Source of the DNA: a virus
DNA length: 64,000 bases
Reading direction: 5' to 3' (one strand)
IMG/VR virus record: IMGVR_UViG_3300045738_002037
Span: 32,001-96,000 of that record
Below, piece after piece: positions 48,824-58,857 of the stretch (positions are counted from its first letter, which is position 1; each line of letters opens with the position of its first letter). Under the pieces are notes generated by a model. The model was not told where the DNA came from. It did not search any database and saw nothing but the letters and a program-made list of their open reading frames with translations. A program made the translations under genes and the position numbers.

Positions 48824-49076
48824 GTAACAGTCCTTTCATAGCATCATTAATCTTTGTCAAATCATGTTTAACGACAATTTTTACATCTGTGTGAGGAATT
48901 TTTATCGTCGTTTTGTTTTTAACTAACAATAATTCATTATTTCCAACAACCGCCGTGACAGACCAAACACCTTTCGGAGATAATTCAGTTCCAGGAGGGG
49001 CTGATAAATAACTAACATTTTTAGTAGTAAGTAACATAACTTGGTCGAATCTGCCGATGTTACTTTGATCGTCCAT
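48774..49076 (-). CDS. hypothetical protein
   Basis: ORF overlapping the recA start. Confidence 0.6.
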   Translation of the reverse strand: MDDQSNIGRFDQVMLLTTKNVSYLSAPPGTELSPKGVWSVTAVVGNNELLLVKNKTTIKIPHTDVKIVVKHDLTKINDAMKGLLHGKKRKRDIGRSEESD

Positions 49077-49115
49077 TTTATAAGCAAAATTAAAAAAGGA
49101 AAAAGGAGATTATTA

Positions 49116-49598
49116 ATGCTAAATGACGACGAAAAATTGCTTGTCGAAGCCATCAACACCATGTTACAACATGACGCCAAGCTCGGTTTATCCGTTCATG
49201 ACAATAATAGCCCATCTGGATATCAAAATGGTGATGGGTCAGATCGCGATGGTAAAATCGAAAGAGGATTTCAACATTTACACGGTCACATCACAGAAAT
49301 GTTTGCTTTAAAAGCAGCAGAATCTCCATTTCATGATAGTTTATGTCAAGCATTTGGTAAAGTTCATAATTACAAATACATTGACGACCCTACATTTAGA
49401 ATTGCTATGGAAAAAGAATTGCTTGCTCAAGGAATACCACTGGCAGAAAGGAAGAAAGGATTAGACATAGTTCCGACAATTATAGATGAATTAAAATCTG
49501 ACGAAGAAATATGGTCAGAAGAAAATTTTGGGTTTAACACAGAATTAGATCGTGAATCTATTTTTGGCGACACCACCAACGATTTTAATATCGAATAA
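49116..49598 (+). CDS. hypothetical protein
   Basis: SD AAGGAG before ATG 49116; CAAAATTA upstream. Confidence 0.65.
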   Translation: MLNDDEKLLVEAINTMLQHDAKLGLSVHDNNSPSGYQNGDGSDRDGKIERGFQHLHGHITEMFALKAAESPFHDSLCQAFGKVHNYKYIDDPTFRIAMEKELLAQGIPLAERKKGLDIVPTIIDELKSDEEIWSEENFGFNTELDRESIFGDTTNDFNIE

Positions 49599-49840
49599 TG
49601 AAATTAAGCATGATTAACGAAAATCTCTTAGAAATATCGTTGAAAAACAAATTCGGCAAAAAATATTTTGGCCGTCCGCTTAACCACACACCACAATCGT
49701 ATGGCTCAAATAGCGGCCATGATTCTGGGTCAAGAGCGGCAGGCAGTACATTTCTGCCAAGTGGCGTGCCGCATCACCCAAGACACAGGCAGTTTTTGGG
49801 GATGTCGCCTAGAAAATTCTCTATCACACTTGGCCGTTAA
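49598..49840 (+). CDS. small basic protein with an MKLSMINE leader
   Basis: TAATG coupling; leader motif. Confidence 0.6.
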   Translation: MKLSMINENLLEISLKNKFGKKYFGRPLNHTPQSYGSNSGHDSGSRAAGSTFLPSGVPHHPRHRQFLGMSPRKFSITLGR

Positions 49841-49859
49841 TATAAAATTGATCTATTTA

Positions 49860-50663
49860 TCAATGAATGATCCCAGTGCCGCCGCACTTTGGACATGAAA
49901 TTTCTTCACCGGCATTCTCTGCAAAACCCGTCCCTTTACATATAGGGCAATCTCTATTTGCAGCCTGATATCCGTGCCGGAAATCAGCATCCTCAGATAT
50001 CGCCGCATTTTTAAATCTCTCTTGCAATGCGCTATCACCGCCAGTATTTATAATATTAATCCTCGTAGTACCGGTGCCATCCACGCGCTTTTTAGGTATA
50101 GCAATGGGTTGACCACCTCTGCCCTCCATCATTTCCATTTTAGCCTTACCATGCCTAACTTCTTCAGGAAGTTTGTCCTCTAACGAACCTAAATCAATGC
50201 TAGAATGACTATCAACCGAATATCCGCCACTCGCGCCGCCAACCGATTGCATACCTTTATTACTGTCGATAACATCCGTCGAAACAACATCGTCGCCCGA
50301 CATATCGTCTATCGGCGTAGTGCCAGGAACAATAACAGTAACTTTCTTTTTAGTATCTTCGGGAATTTGAGATGTCATTTGTTCAGCATAAGCTGGCTGC
50401 ACAGCGTTTGACGCTGCCGTAGGTTTAGACACTACTGGTGGCAATTCTTCTTGCGTGCTAATATGCAAGCCCAATTCTTCGGCCTGTTTTATCAATTCAT
50501 CAATTTTATTTTGTTTATTAATATGAGCATCTTTTACAGCTTGAACAGTAGCATTTACGGCATGGTCGTCACACACATATACTGTTACTTTATCACCGTT
50601 ATCTAACTTAATGGTCATCTCAGTATTTAAATTATCAGATGAACTGCAAAATATACAAGGCAT
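49860..50663 (-). CDS. Zn-binding protein with a DnaJ-type CxxCxGxG finger
   Basis: N-terminal CIFC...CDDH; C-terminal CPICKGTG...CPKCGGTG. Confidence 0.75.
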   Translation of the reverse strand: MPCIFCSSSDNLNTEMTIKLDNGDKVTVYVCDDHAVNATVQAVKDAHINKQNKIDELIKQAEELGLHISTQEELPPVVSKPTAASNAVQPAYAEQMTSQIPEDTKKKVTVIVPGTTPIDDMSGDDVVSTDVIDSNKGMQSVGGASGGYSVDSHSSIDLGSLEDKLPEEVRHGKAKMEMMEGRGGQPIAIPKKRVDGTGTTRINIINTGGDSALQERFKNAAISEDADFRHGYQAANRDCPICKGTGFAENAGEEISCPKCGGTGIIH

Positions 50664-50687
50664 GATTATTCCCTCCGGAGGCCACAA

Positions 50688-51104
50688 ATGCCAACTAAAG
50701 TATCTATCATAGAAGTAGATTTAGGCGAAGATATAGACAAAATCATATCGGAAGACATTGCTAAATTAACACAAGAAGCTAAACAAGAATTAGATAATGT
50801 CATTGAAATTGCCAAAAAAACCCAAGAACTAAAACAACGAAAAGAACGCGAAAAGAAAGAATCCGCAGACCAGATGGGATCACTCCTTGATTCTATATAC
50901 AATAAATTAATTGAATCTGATAAATCCGGAATTCCCGCAAGTGAAATTGTTGAAGAAGTTAAACCACAAATTAAAACCGCCTCTGCGTTCACTTTAAGAA
51001 TGAAAACTTATCTTAGAAACCGTGGCAATGACTATATTATTAAAAGGAAAAACATTAAGAAAATTCCTCATTATATTCTCGAACCATATAATGTTGAAGA
51101 TTAA
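50688..51104 (+). CDS. hypothetical protein (coiled coil plus possible winged helix)
   Basis: SD GGAGG; helical composition. Confidence 0.65.
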   Translation: MPTKVSIIEVDLGEDIDKIISEDIAKLTQEAKQELDNVIEIAKKTQELKQRKEREKKESADQMGSLLDSIYNKLIESDKSGIPASEIVEEVKPQIKTASAFTLRMKTYLRNRGNDYIIKRKNIKKIPHYILEPYNVED

Positions 51105-51155
51105 TTTTACGAATTTTTAATATTCTTCCATAGTGCCGATCTCTATCGCAATTAC

Positions 51156-52100
51156 TCACAATGATTTAAATTTATAGTTTGGTTTAAGATGCCTTTGCGC
51201 ATGTCCCAACAATCTAATAATACAAGTTCCTATGTCAATACACCAGTCCCATTCAGCATAACTTCCAACGCAAAATATTCCCTTTTCATGAATATGGCTT
51301 ATATCAGGGATTCGACCAAGAGTTATTGCGTTTTTTATTGATGTTCCGTCGATAATATCAAATTTTGGTATAAAAGCCATAAAATATGCGCCAGGTTGTG
51401 GTATATCTTCATGAGAATAAATTAAATAACGGTTTGGCGCAACATTTGTAACCTTATAAAAACTGAAAAGCGAATCAGAAACTAATACTTGATTGGCCCC
51501 CTCAAAATCTAAATCGTCAGTTTCAATGTGCAAATAATGCACTGGTTTAGATTGTAAATCATGTTGCACTTCCATAAAATCACAAAGAGAATCTAATGGT
51601 ATAGTGCTAATTGCATTGTCAAAATCTACCTTCTCTCCATTTCTTATAAAATAATGGTCGCCAATACTTGTAACTTCTCCTTTAGCTGTCTCTTCTTTCA
51701 ATTCATCCATATGACTATTTAATAATGATTTATATAATTGATTCAATCGCACATCATAAACAGAAAACTGCATTCTAGAAGAATAATAAAGTTCTGCATG
51801 CGGAGGAACCATTGTGCCGAATATTTTATTTAACCAATCTTCGCAAATATCTTTATGATAATCCTTGACTAAATGCCCATTTATTGAAAAAGACTTAAAA
51901 TAAGGATATATATTGGGTTTTTTACCTAATAAGTCTTTAATAAAAGGATCTATTCTGTTATCCGTAATTATAAAATTGTCGTCTAACGCAGGATTAAAAT
52001 TAAAAAATCTTGATTTATAGAATGGGATTATTTTCCATGTCGGAAATATGGTTTTGGCAAGTAATCCTACTAATCCAGACCCGAATACAACATTCATCAA
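51156..52100 (-). CDS. FAD-dependent oxidoreductase (UDP-galactopyranose mutase/HemY-like fold)
   Basis: VFGSGLVGL dinucleotide-binding motif, ISTIPL, CVGSYAEW. Confidence 0.75.
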   Translation of the reverse strand: MMNVVFGSGLVGLLAKTIFPTWKIIPFYKSRFFNFNPALDDNFIITDNRIDPFIKDLLGKKPNIYPYFKSFSINGHLVKDYHKDICEDWLNKIFGTMVPPHAELYYSSRMQFSVYDVRLNQLYKSLLNSHMDELKEETAKGEVTSIGDHYFIRNGEKVDFDNAISTIPLDSLCDFMEVQHDLQSKPVHYLHIETDDLDFEGANQVLVSDSLFSFYKVTNVAPNRYLIYSHEDIPQPGAYFMAFIPKFDIIDGTSIKNAITLGRIPDISHIHEKGIFCVGSYAEWDWCIDIGTCIIRLLGHAQRHLKPNYKFKSL

Positions 52101-52768
52101 TCCACCAAGTCATCGTCATCAAATTCTTCTTCTTGACCAATTCCTTCAGCAGGCTCCAATGGGATTATTCGACCAGTTTCGGCTACAAAATCAACATCCA
52201 TGGTAGCGGCTATAAAACCAGTGACATCCTCCGATATATCTTCCTGGCTTTCCTTTAGTTTCTCTTGAGTTTTAACAGCATTATTAGGCTCAGACGTCGT
52301 TTTAGAAGAAGAACTTTTCTTTGGCTTTGTAGAGGCTTTCTTTTTAATCGTTTTCTTTTTAGCCACTGCCTTCTTTTTAATCCTACTGGCCACAGTCGAT
52401 TCTTCAGACAATTTTTCAACTTTATCCACAGGAATTACGTCCGGATCTAAATCAGCATTTGTGATAATCCCCTTTTCTAAAGGATTTATGAATGGATCTT
52501 CAAATTGTTTAGGTTCTGGATTGCATTCTACACACACAAGCTGAAGAACGCCAAAAGGAGGATCAGACAATTTTACTTCTTCATTTATTAATGCGCCACA
52601 ATCAGGACATGTGGTTTCTATAATTGTAGGAATAACATAATTCCCATCAGAATTCAATAAGGTTAATGGGTCGTCAATTTCGGAATCAAAAGCTACCGCC
52701 CTGGCATACAATTCTTTATTATTGTTAATAATTACCGGAATTAATTCATGTGGATTGTATTCTTCCAT
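52097..52768 (-). CDS. Zn-ribbon protein with a K/S-rich linker
   Basis: CPDC...CVEC. Confidence 0.65.
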   Translation of the reverse strand: MEEYNPHELIPVIINNNKELYARAVAFDSEIDDPLTLLNSDGNYVIPTIIETTCPDCGALINEEVKLSDPPFGVLQLVCVECNPEPKQFEDPFINPLEKGIITNADLDPDVIPVDKVEKLSEESTVASRIKKKAVAKKKTIKKKASTKPKKSSSSKTTSEPNNAVKTQEKLKESQEDISEDVTGFIAATMDVDFVAETGRIIPLEPAEGIGQEEEFDDDDLVD

Positions 52769-52776
52769 ATTGCACC

Positions 52777-53313
52777 TTAAGTAACAGTCGACCATTGACC
52801 AGCGATTTTTCTAACATTCATTGCTTTATCTACAAATTCATTATATGCTTCTTCACACATATAAATATCAAGATATCTATCATCAACAACTGTGTCAGCG
52901 GGTTTTATAAATTCCTTGTTTCCACAATCCTTACATGGTTCACCCACTACCGCAGCATGCGCCCCGCAATCAACGCAAATATTTGGCTGGCCAGTCATTC
53001 TAACATCGGCCCGCACCACTTGACAAAAGTAAAATTCAAAAGTTCCAGTTAATACTTTTCCAGTTAAATCGCAGCAAACAGAATTTCTAATAGCTTTATA
53101 GTTCTTTTTAACATCTTCTGCCACATTCCCCATACATTTTTCACACACATCTAGCGAAAATATCACATTACTAGACAATATACTGTCAATTGGCGGTCTA
53201 AGATTATCATTTACAGTAACATTTCTTATATCAAAAGAATAATACCTAAAATCAGTTCTATAAGAAGTACCGCATACGTCACACGCAATACCATCACGAT
53301 CTTTAAGTTGCAT
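52777..53313 (-). CDS. multi-Zn-finger protein
   Basis: CDVC, CEKC, CDLTG, CVDC, CKDC. Confidence 0.7.
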   Translation of the reverse strand: MQLKDRDGIACDVCGTSYRTDFRYYSFDIRNVTVNDNLRPPIDSILSSNVIFSLDVCEKCMGNVAEDVKKNYKAIRNSVCCDLTGKVLTGTFEFYFCQVVRADVRMTGQPNICVDCGAHAAVVGEPCKDCGNKEFIKPADTVVDDRYLDIYMCEEAYNEFVDKAMNVRKIAGQWSTVT

Positions 53314-56006
53314 TATAGTTCTCTTTTTATTAACCTTAATATAACTTCGCCTCTGGCAAGAGAAAAACTCCTACGCTGCTCATCGTATTCTATTGGAGCA
53401 GATATCCCAACACCTTCTGATAATATATTTTTATCAAAAGTCCGTAAAGCCCGTTCCCACACAATTAACAAAATGTTCTGAACACCATCAGTTATTGTTA
53501 ATTTACACATAGTAGTATCATTTTTAGTTTTGGCATATTCTACATTAGTTATTACCGCTTCAACTATTGAATCTTCTCCCCTTAAATATGCTTTTTTAGT
53601 ACCTTCAATGTTTCTACCTTTAATTGTTTGATATAACTCTAATGGAGAATTAATGTAATAACCAAGAAATTCTTGCTCGAATTCTAATATCTCTGATATG
53701 TGAAAATTATCTTTATATAACGCCATGACCCTGTCTCTAATATCATCAGGAGTCGGTCTAAAATTTAATATCTTATTCGGAATTTTGTTTCTTTTTGGAT
53801 ATATTCTTTTGTATTCTATGATTTGCCGTTTAATTTCATTTTTAACCCATTGCTCTCCTTTTCCATCTGTGTCCAACAATTTTTGTTTTATCTCTTTGCG
53901 CAATTGAGTTATAACAACACCGCTGCAATATTTATATTGATACCACATCCACACTGCTTTATTATTGCCATGCCCCTTCATATCTTTAAACGCACCGAGT
54001 TTTATAAGGCGCTCCATAACTATTTTATTCTTGCCCATTGATTCGACAAATTCATCGACATTTTTAAAATCATGATCGCCAGCAAATTTTCCAGCTGCTT
54101 TCTCACCTATTTTCTTAATACCAATTAAACCTTGCAATACTATATCGCCACTAACAGAAAAGTTAACCGTTAAATTATTGGCGTCTAATGTTCCAAATTC
54201 AGTGCCTTCTGATCTTGCCACCCCCATATAACGTATTAACTTATCGGGATGGCAATCACTCATTACAGCAGCCCACCATTCAGGAGCAAAATGAGCTTTT
54301 AACCACAAACACCTATACGCAACTAAACAATATGCAACAGAGTGTGATTTATTGAAAGCATATCGCCCAAAAGTTTCCATCTTTTCCCACCATTCTTCGG
54401 CGGCATTATTCCCAATCTTTTTAGAGGCCCCCTCCATCCACTTTTGCTGTATGGGTCTTAACTTATGAACCCATTTTTTAGCAACCGCTTTGCGTGCCTC
54501 TTGAGCCTCAGGCGCAGTAAATCCACCTACTTTTTGCCATATTGCTTGCAATTGTTCTTGATAAACAATAACACCATATGTGTCTTCTAATATTGGCAAA
54601 ATATCTTCGTGTAACCTGTTCTTCCATGTGCCTTTTTTATCATCGCGGTTCTTTACAGCTTCTGGTATAGAGGCCATTGGCCCAGGATGACCCATTGCAT
54701 TTAACAACATTAAATCGTGAAAATTCTTAACGCCATTACCAAGAATTCTTTTCGCCAAATCCGTGTCAAACTGAAATATAGCGTCAGTTTTTGCTTCATT
54801 AGCCAATTTCAATGCGCCATGGTCATTAAGCGAAATATAGCGTTTTTTACCATTTTTAAAATAATGGCCAGCTCTATCACTGATAGGATCAATGTCATCC
54901 CATCCACTCATATTTTTACCAAATGATATTCCTCTATTTTGCTCTATTAATTTACAACAAGTAAAAATATATTTCAAATTCTTTAGTCCAAGTATATCCC
55001 ATTTATTATAGCCGAATTTAGATAATTGCGTGTTTCGCCCCTCTGTCCACATGCTAACCCAATAACCATGCCTCGCACTTTTGGCCATAGGAATATTGCC
55101 ATATAATGGCCGATCGGCTATTATAAGTGCCCCAGCGTGCATTCCCATTGTTCTAATTCGACCAACTAACCTAACAGCATAGGCTATAACATCGGGATAT
55201 TTAGTTTCAAATGCTGATAAATCATCAAATTCTGCAAGCAACTTGCCTATGGTTGGGCCTTCAGTTTCTTCACCGCCACATTCCGGACACACAGCACATG
55301 CATGTATATGGCCACATTCGTTTTCTTCATTGGTTTGTGAATCTATGATAATATGTTTACAAGTCGAAGCACCGCCATCTTTAAGATCATCAACATCATC
55401 CGGTAAATTGGTGGTTAAATCATATGCTTCTGATTTATCAACTATATTAGTCGCCCTAGCTACATCTATGATAGCAGACCGTAATTTATACGTTTGCCAC
55501 GTGCCAACACTACAAACAGAACCGTATTCATCATTACAATCTGAACCATAAACTTTAGCCGCATGGCTCTTGATCGGGTCTCTAGCTTCAGGAATGCAAT
55601 CTAAATCAATATCCGGCATATCTTGATCTTTAATTATATAGCTAGGTATTGACCCAATTTTATCAGAATATTCTTTAATTTTATCGAATTTAGCTGTGCA
55701 TAATATATCATTCTGCCCATCTAAAGGATCATCATCAACTACGCCAAGCAACCATGGCAGAACTAATTTGTTGGGGTTTTCTTTAAATTTCTTTTCTTCA
55801 TTTAAAATATTTTCCCAATACCCAAATGCACCTTGTTTATCAATTTCAGATAATTCAAATTCTAATCTATCCTTATAAACTCCAGGTAGTTCTGGTTTCA
55901 AATCAAGAGCTTGACGGGCCGCTTGAATAATGCTCTCTCTGGTATAAACAGTAACAATGGACATATTTGTCAATCTTCTAACAAATTGGATACTCAACCG
56001 ATACAA
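53313..56006 (-). CDS. dnaE: DNA polymerase III alpha (DnaE-like) lacking the PHP domain (likely start 55964)
   Basis: YKDRLEFEL, MPDIDLD, HAGALII, KWDILGL, TYGVIVYQEQ, YAFNKSH, HhH motif, C-terminal OB fold. Confidence 0.92.
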   Translation of the reverse strand: MYRLSIQFVRRLTNMSIVTVYTRESIIQAARQALDLKPELPGVYKDRLEFELSEIDKQGAFGYWENILNEEKKFKENPNKLVLPWLLGVVDDDPLDGQNDILCTAKFDKIKEYSDKIGSIPSYIIKDQDMPDIDLDCIPEARDPIKSHAAKVYGSDCNDEYGSVCSVGTWQTYKLRSAIIDVARATNIVDKSEAYDLTTNLPDDVDDLKDGGASTCKHIIIDSQTNEENECGHIHACAVCPECGGEETEGPTIGKLLAEFDDLSAFETKYPDVIAYAVRLVGRIRTMGMHAGALIIADRPLYGNIPMAKSARHGYWVSMWTEGRNTQLSKFGYNKWDILGLKNLKYIFTCCKLIEQNRGISFGKNMSGWDDIDPISDRAGHYFKNGKKRYISLNDHGALKLANEAKTDAIFQFDTDLAKRILGNGVKNFHDLMLLNAMGHPGPMASIPEAVKNRDDKKGTWKNRLHEDILPILEDTYGVIVYQEQLQAIWQKVGGFTAPEAQEARKAVAKKWVHKLRPIQQKWMEGASKKIGNNAAEEWWEKMETFGRYAFNKSHSVAYCLVAYRCLWLKAHFAPEWWAAVMSDCHPDKLIRYMGVARSEGTEFGTLDANNLTVNFSVSGDIVLQGLIGIKKIGEKAAGKFAGDHDFKNVDEFVESMGKNKIVMERLIKLGAFKDMKGHGNNKAVWMWYQYKYCSGVVITQLRKEIKQKLLDTDGKGEQWVKNEIKRQIIEYKRIYPKRNKIPNKILNFRPTPDDIRDRVMALYKDNFHISEILEFEQEFLGYYINSPLELYQTIKGRNIEGTKKAYLRGEDSIVEAVITNVEYAKTKNDTTMCKLTITDGVQNILLIVWERALRTFDKNILSEGVGISAPIEYDEQRRSFSLARGEVILRLIKREL

Positions 56007-56009
56007 TAA

Positions 56010-56531
56010 TCAAATACTGTTTACAACATTTGTGCCTGTGTCAGTATTTTTTTGATCATCGGCAGCTGACTTAGCCAAAACGCTGGCAGAAGCCATCAAT
56101 TCGTGGCTATTGGATATTTTATGGATAAGTAAACTAGCAAAAAACCCATCCCACCGTCGAAGTTCAGCAGCATGCGAAGCATATTTTATAGGTGGATTAT
56201 TGGCATAATCTGGCCCCCCAAGTTTAAACTTGGGCTTAGGCTTTTTATCTAGCATGTCAATAACAGCATCTTCAGCAATATAAAAATTAACAACATCAGC
56301 ATTAGCAGCAGATACGGCCATCAATGCTAATTTAGCAGACTGTAATTCTGCCATATATCCATCAGAATTTCCTAAGCCATAACTAAGGCGTCTTTCCCAA
56401 GACATACTTTTATTTGAATAAATTCCTTCAACTATATGTTTAGCAATAAGAATAATGCCACAGCCAGCCATTTGAGTAGGGCCGTCAGGGTCATTACAAT
56501 GAGTAGCAGAATACATATTTAGTTCCATCAT
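56010..56531 (-). CDS. RNase HI-fold protein, probably catalytically inactive
   Basis: MY-SA-xxC-xxPDGP, GCGIIL, MAELQSAKLAL, VNFY, LAKSAA align to RNase HI, but the Asp ligands are replaced. Confidence 0.6.
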   Translation of the reverse strand: MMELNMYSATHCNDPDGPTQMAGCGIILIAKHIVEGIYSNKSMSWERRLSYGLGNSDGYMAELQSAKLALMAVSAANADVVNFYIAEDAVIDMLDKKPKPKFKLGGPDYANNPPIKYASHAAELRRWDGFFASLLIHKISNSHELMASASVLAKSAADDQKNTDTGTNVVNSI

Positions 56532-57019
56532 AATTTATTACCATCGCTATCAGTTATTGAAGGATATTTTATATCAGTATGATCACTTAAATTTTGAAGT
56601 GCAACGCTAATTTGTGATAATAAAAGATTTTTATAATCAATTTGCCGAGCGGGTAACATATCAAAATCCTGCTTAATTGATTCTGACAAAACTAAACCAG
56701 CCTTAATAATTTCTTCCGACAATTGGTTTTCAGACGCGTATTTATCAATAGTATCTGTTACATTTTCGGCAATCGATTTAACGATTTCACTAGCAATTAA
56801 CATCATTTCTTCATCTGCTTTACTAATTGCATTATCGGCCATGTTGTCTATAATATCAACACTTTTTAACATATACATACATAAACCGGCAGATGGGCCA
56901 CCCGCCATGGCTAAATGAAACTTAACAGAATGCTTTAATTCTTTAATAGATTGCCGCAATGAACTAATGTTAAAATCACTCGTTGATGATCTATTCGCCA
57001 TCGCTGTCGTCCATTTCAT
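56528..57019 (-). CDS. hypothetical protein
   Basis: Helical ORF in the operon. Confidence 0.6.
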   Translation of the reverse strand: MKWTTAMANRSSTSDFNISSLRQSIKELKHSVKFHLAMAGGPSAGLCMYMLKSVDIIDNMADNAISKADEEMMLIASEIVKSIAENVTDTIDKYASENQLSEEIIKAGLVLSESIKQDFDMLPARQIDYKNLLLSQISVALQNLSDHTDIKYPSITDSDGNKL

Positions 57020-57341
57020 TTAATTGCTGTTTATATTTATCTCTCTCTTGTTTTGTAGCATGCAAATCAAAATCCATATAAGACATGTCAAGCTGTAAAT
57101 CTCTTAATTCTTTCAAAATATTATCACGTAACCCCAAACGTTCATTTTCCAAAGCTTGCATGGTTTTATTAAATTGTTCTAATATAGGGACCGACATTTT
57201 GTCTGGTAAAGCCATTATCATGCTATATAATATTTTAAGTTCTTCTTTAGATTTCATATTTATAAACCAATCGCCCTGTTTCTTTTGAAACAAGGCGATC
57301 ATTACAAATGCGTTGTTGTTAAAAACAACACTATAGTCCAT
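56991..57341 (-). CDS. hypothetical coiled-coil protein
   Basis: LQLDMSYMDFDLHATKQERD coiled coil. Confidence 0.6.
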   Translation of the reverse strand: MDYSVVFNNNAFVMIALFQKKQGDWFINMKSKEELKILYSMIMALPDKMSVPILEQFNKTMQALENERLGLRDNILKELRDLQLDMSYMDFDLHATKQERDKYKQQLNEMDDSDGE

Positions 57342-57343
57342 TC

Positions 57344-57550
57344 TTACACGGAATCATTTTTATCTTCAATAATTCCAAGGGAGGAAGGGACGTCGCACGT
57401 TGGTTGTAGCGACGGCAAACGTTTAATATTAACTTTTTTAGGGGCGTCAATTCCAATCTTAACCCTGTCATTGTTGATACTACAAACAACGATTGTTATA
57501 TCTTCACCTATTTGTATTGCTTCTTTTCTTTTCCTGCTTAACACTAACAT
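57344..57550 (-). CDS. csrA: carbon storage regulator CsrA/RsmA
   Basis: [20 protein letters not shown]...[16 protein letters not shown]. Confidence 0.93.
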   Translation of the reverse strand: MLVLSRKRKEAIQIGEDITIVVCSINNDRVKIGIDAPKKVNIKRLPSLQPTCDVPSSLGIIEDKNDSV

Positions 57551-57573
57551 GAATAAGGTACCTCCTTGACCTA

Positions 57574-58497
57574 TTAAACACGTTCATATCCATCTTTAGA
57601 AAGCTTCTGACGTTGTTTATCCACATTCTTAACATGGAACCATAACCTCTTGCCTTCAGGCATTTCATCGTTTTGAAATGCTTCTATCGGCAAGCTATTG
57701 CCTCTTTTGCCAAGTGTCCCATTGTATGTGTTAAAACATAACTTTCTTGGATTACCATCAACAATTAATAAAACATGCGCTTTAACATCCATATCAGGAT
57801 GATTGAATCTTAACTGCTTTCTTGTATAAAGCTCGCCCAACGATTTCAAATGATCAACATCAACTATTGCGGCGACGTCAGGTAAACTGGGCGCAGCCTC
57901 TTGTTCGTCAGCCTCTTGTTCGTCAGCCTCTTGTTCGCCAACCTCTTGTTCGTCAGCCTCTTGTTCGTCAGCCTCTTGTTCGCCAACCTCTTGTTCGCCA
58001 ACCTCTTGTTCGTCAGCCTCTTGTTCGTCAGCCTCTTGCGTTTCTTCTGTCGATTCTTGCACAACATTTTCTTGTGCTTCTTGCGCTTCTTGTGCTTCTT
58101 GATTTTCCTGATCTATTGTGTTTTCATTATCATTCATGTTTTGTACCTTATTAATTGCTTCGATCACTGGCTTAGCGCTCAACCAATGAAGATCAAATAC
58201 ATTATCGCATTCCTGACAGGCAAAACTGTCTATATTATTTACAATGCCAATCGCAGTGCATGTCGGACACACTACTTTGTATTTATCTCCAGATTCAATC
58301 ACCACTGCCTTACCGCCAATCGCAATGGGCAAGACACGTCGTTGAGTGACCCACCCAACACTTTTATTAGAACCTTTCAAAAGTAACTTATATTGTCCTT
58401 TGCGATTGTCCTGTTCTTCTACAATATATACTTCTTTTGAAATTTTGCCGTCAAAATCAAGAATTCGAGTCTCCGTACCTTCTTTTATGTTGTTCAT
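57574..58497 (-). CDS. Zn-ribbon protein with an acidic repeat linker
   Basis: CPTC...CQEC; [10 protein letters not shown] repeats. Confidence 0.7.
   Translation of the reverse strand: MNNIKEGTETRILDFDGKISKEVYIVEEQDNRKGQYKLLLKGSNKSVGWVTQRRVLPIAIGGKAVVIESGDKYKVVCPTCTAIGIVNNIDSFACQECDNVFDLHWLSAKPVIEAINKVQNMNDNENTIDQENQEAQEAQEAQENVVQESTEETQEADEQEADEQEVGEQEVGEQEADEQEADEQEVGEQEADEQEADEQEAAPSLPDVAAIVDVDHLKSLGELYTRKQLRFNHPDMDVKAHVLLIVDGNPRKLCFNTYNGTLGKRGNSLPIEAFQNDEMPEGKRLWFHVKNVDKQRQKLSKDGYERV
57894..58038. repeat. 15-bp tandem repeat, about 9.5 copies, two variants
   Basis: CAGCCTCTTGTTCGT and CAACCTCTTGTTCGC-type units. Confidence 0.95.
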
Positions 58498-58533
58498 TCC
58501 ATTGCTCCTGTGTTATCCTTATATATCAACTCC
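58498..58533 (-). promoter_or_regulatory. GGA-rich leader; candidate CsrA-binding sites
   Basis: TAGGA, AAGGA, CAGGA and ATGGA within 36 nt before ATG 58497. Confidence 0.5.
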
Positions 58534-58599
58534 TAAATGTGTGGCGCAACAAACGTGCTCGTTAACTTTAAATACTTTTCATATAAAAAAGAACAATTA

Positions 58600-58857
58600 T
58601 TATGATAACCGCAGGCCATCTTTAAGTAATTTATCAAACCTATCCGGAGTCACCACTTCGGCTCTTTCAATATCACGCATATTTTTAGATATAGTAGACA
58701 CAGAAGCTTCAATTTGTTCTTGAATCATAGCCAATTGAGTAGGGCTAAGACTATTAAGACTTAAAATATCTATAATAAAACAGGACCTGTAAAATCCGCC
58801 CAATTTATCAACATGACGATAATTAGGGGCATATCCTGGATATGGTCTTTTACTCAT
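58600..58857 (-). CDS. hypothetical protein
   Basis: Overlapping small ORF. Confidence 0.55.
   Translation of the reverse strand: MSKRPYPGYAPNYRHVDKLGGFYRSCFIIDILSLNSLSPTQLAMIQEQIEASVSTISKNMRDIERAEVVTPDRFDKLLKDGLRLS

Noticed and set aside
46045-56006. Inteins or introns in the helicase, RecA or DnaE
   Set aside because: Lengths are normal or short, and no intein splice motifs or interruptions were seen.
57894-58038. Tandem repeats here and at 41883, 24813, 5159 and 26169 as CRISPR arrays
   Set aside because: No unique spacers, all in frame within ORFs, and no cas genes.
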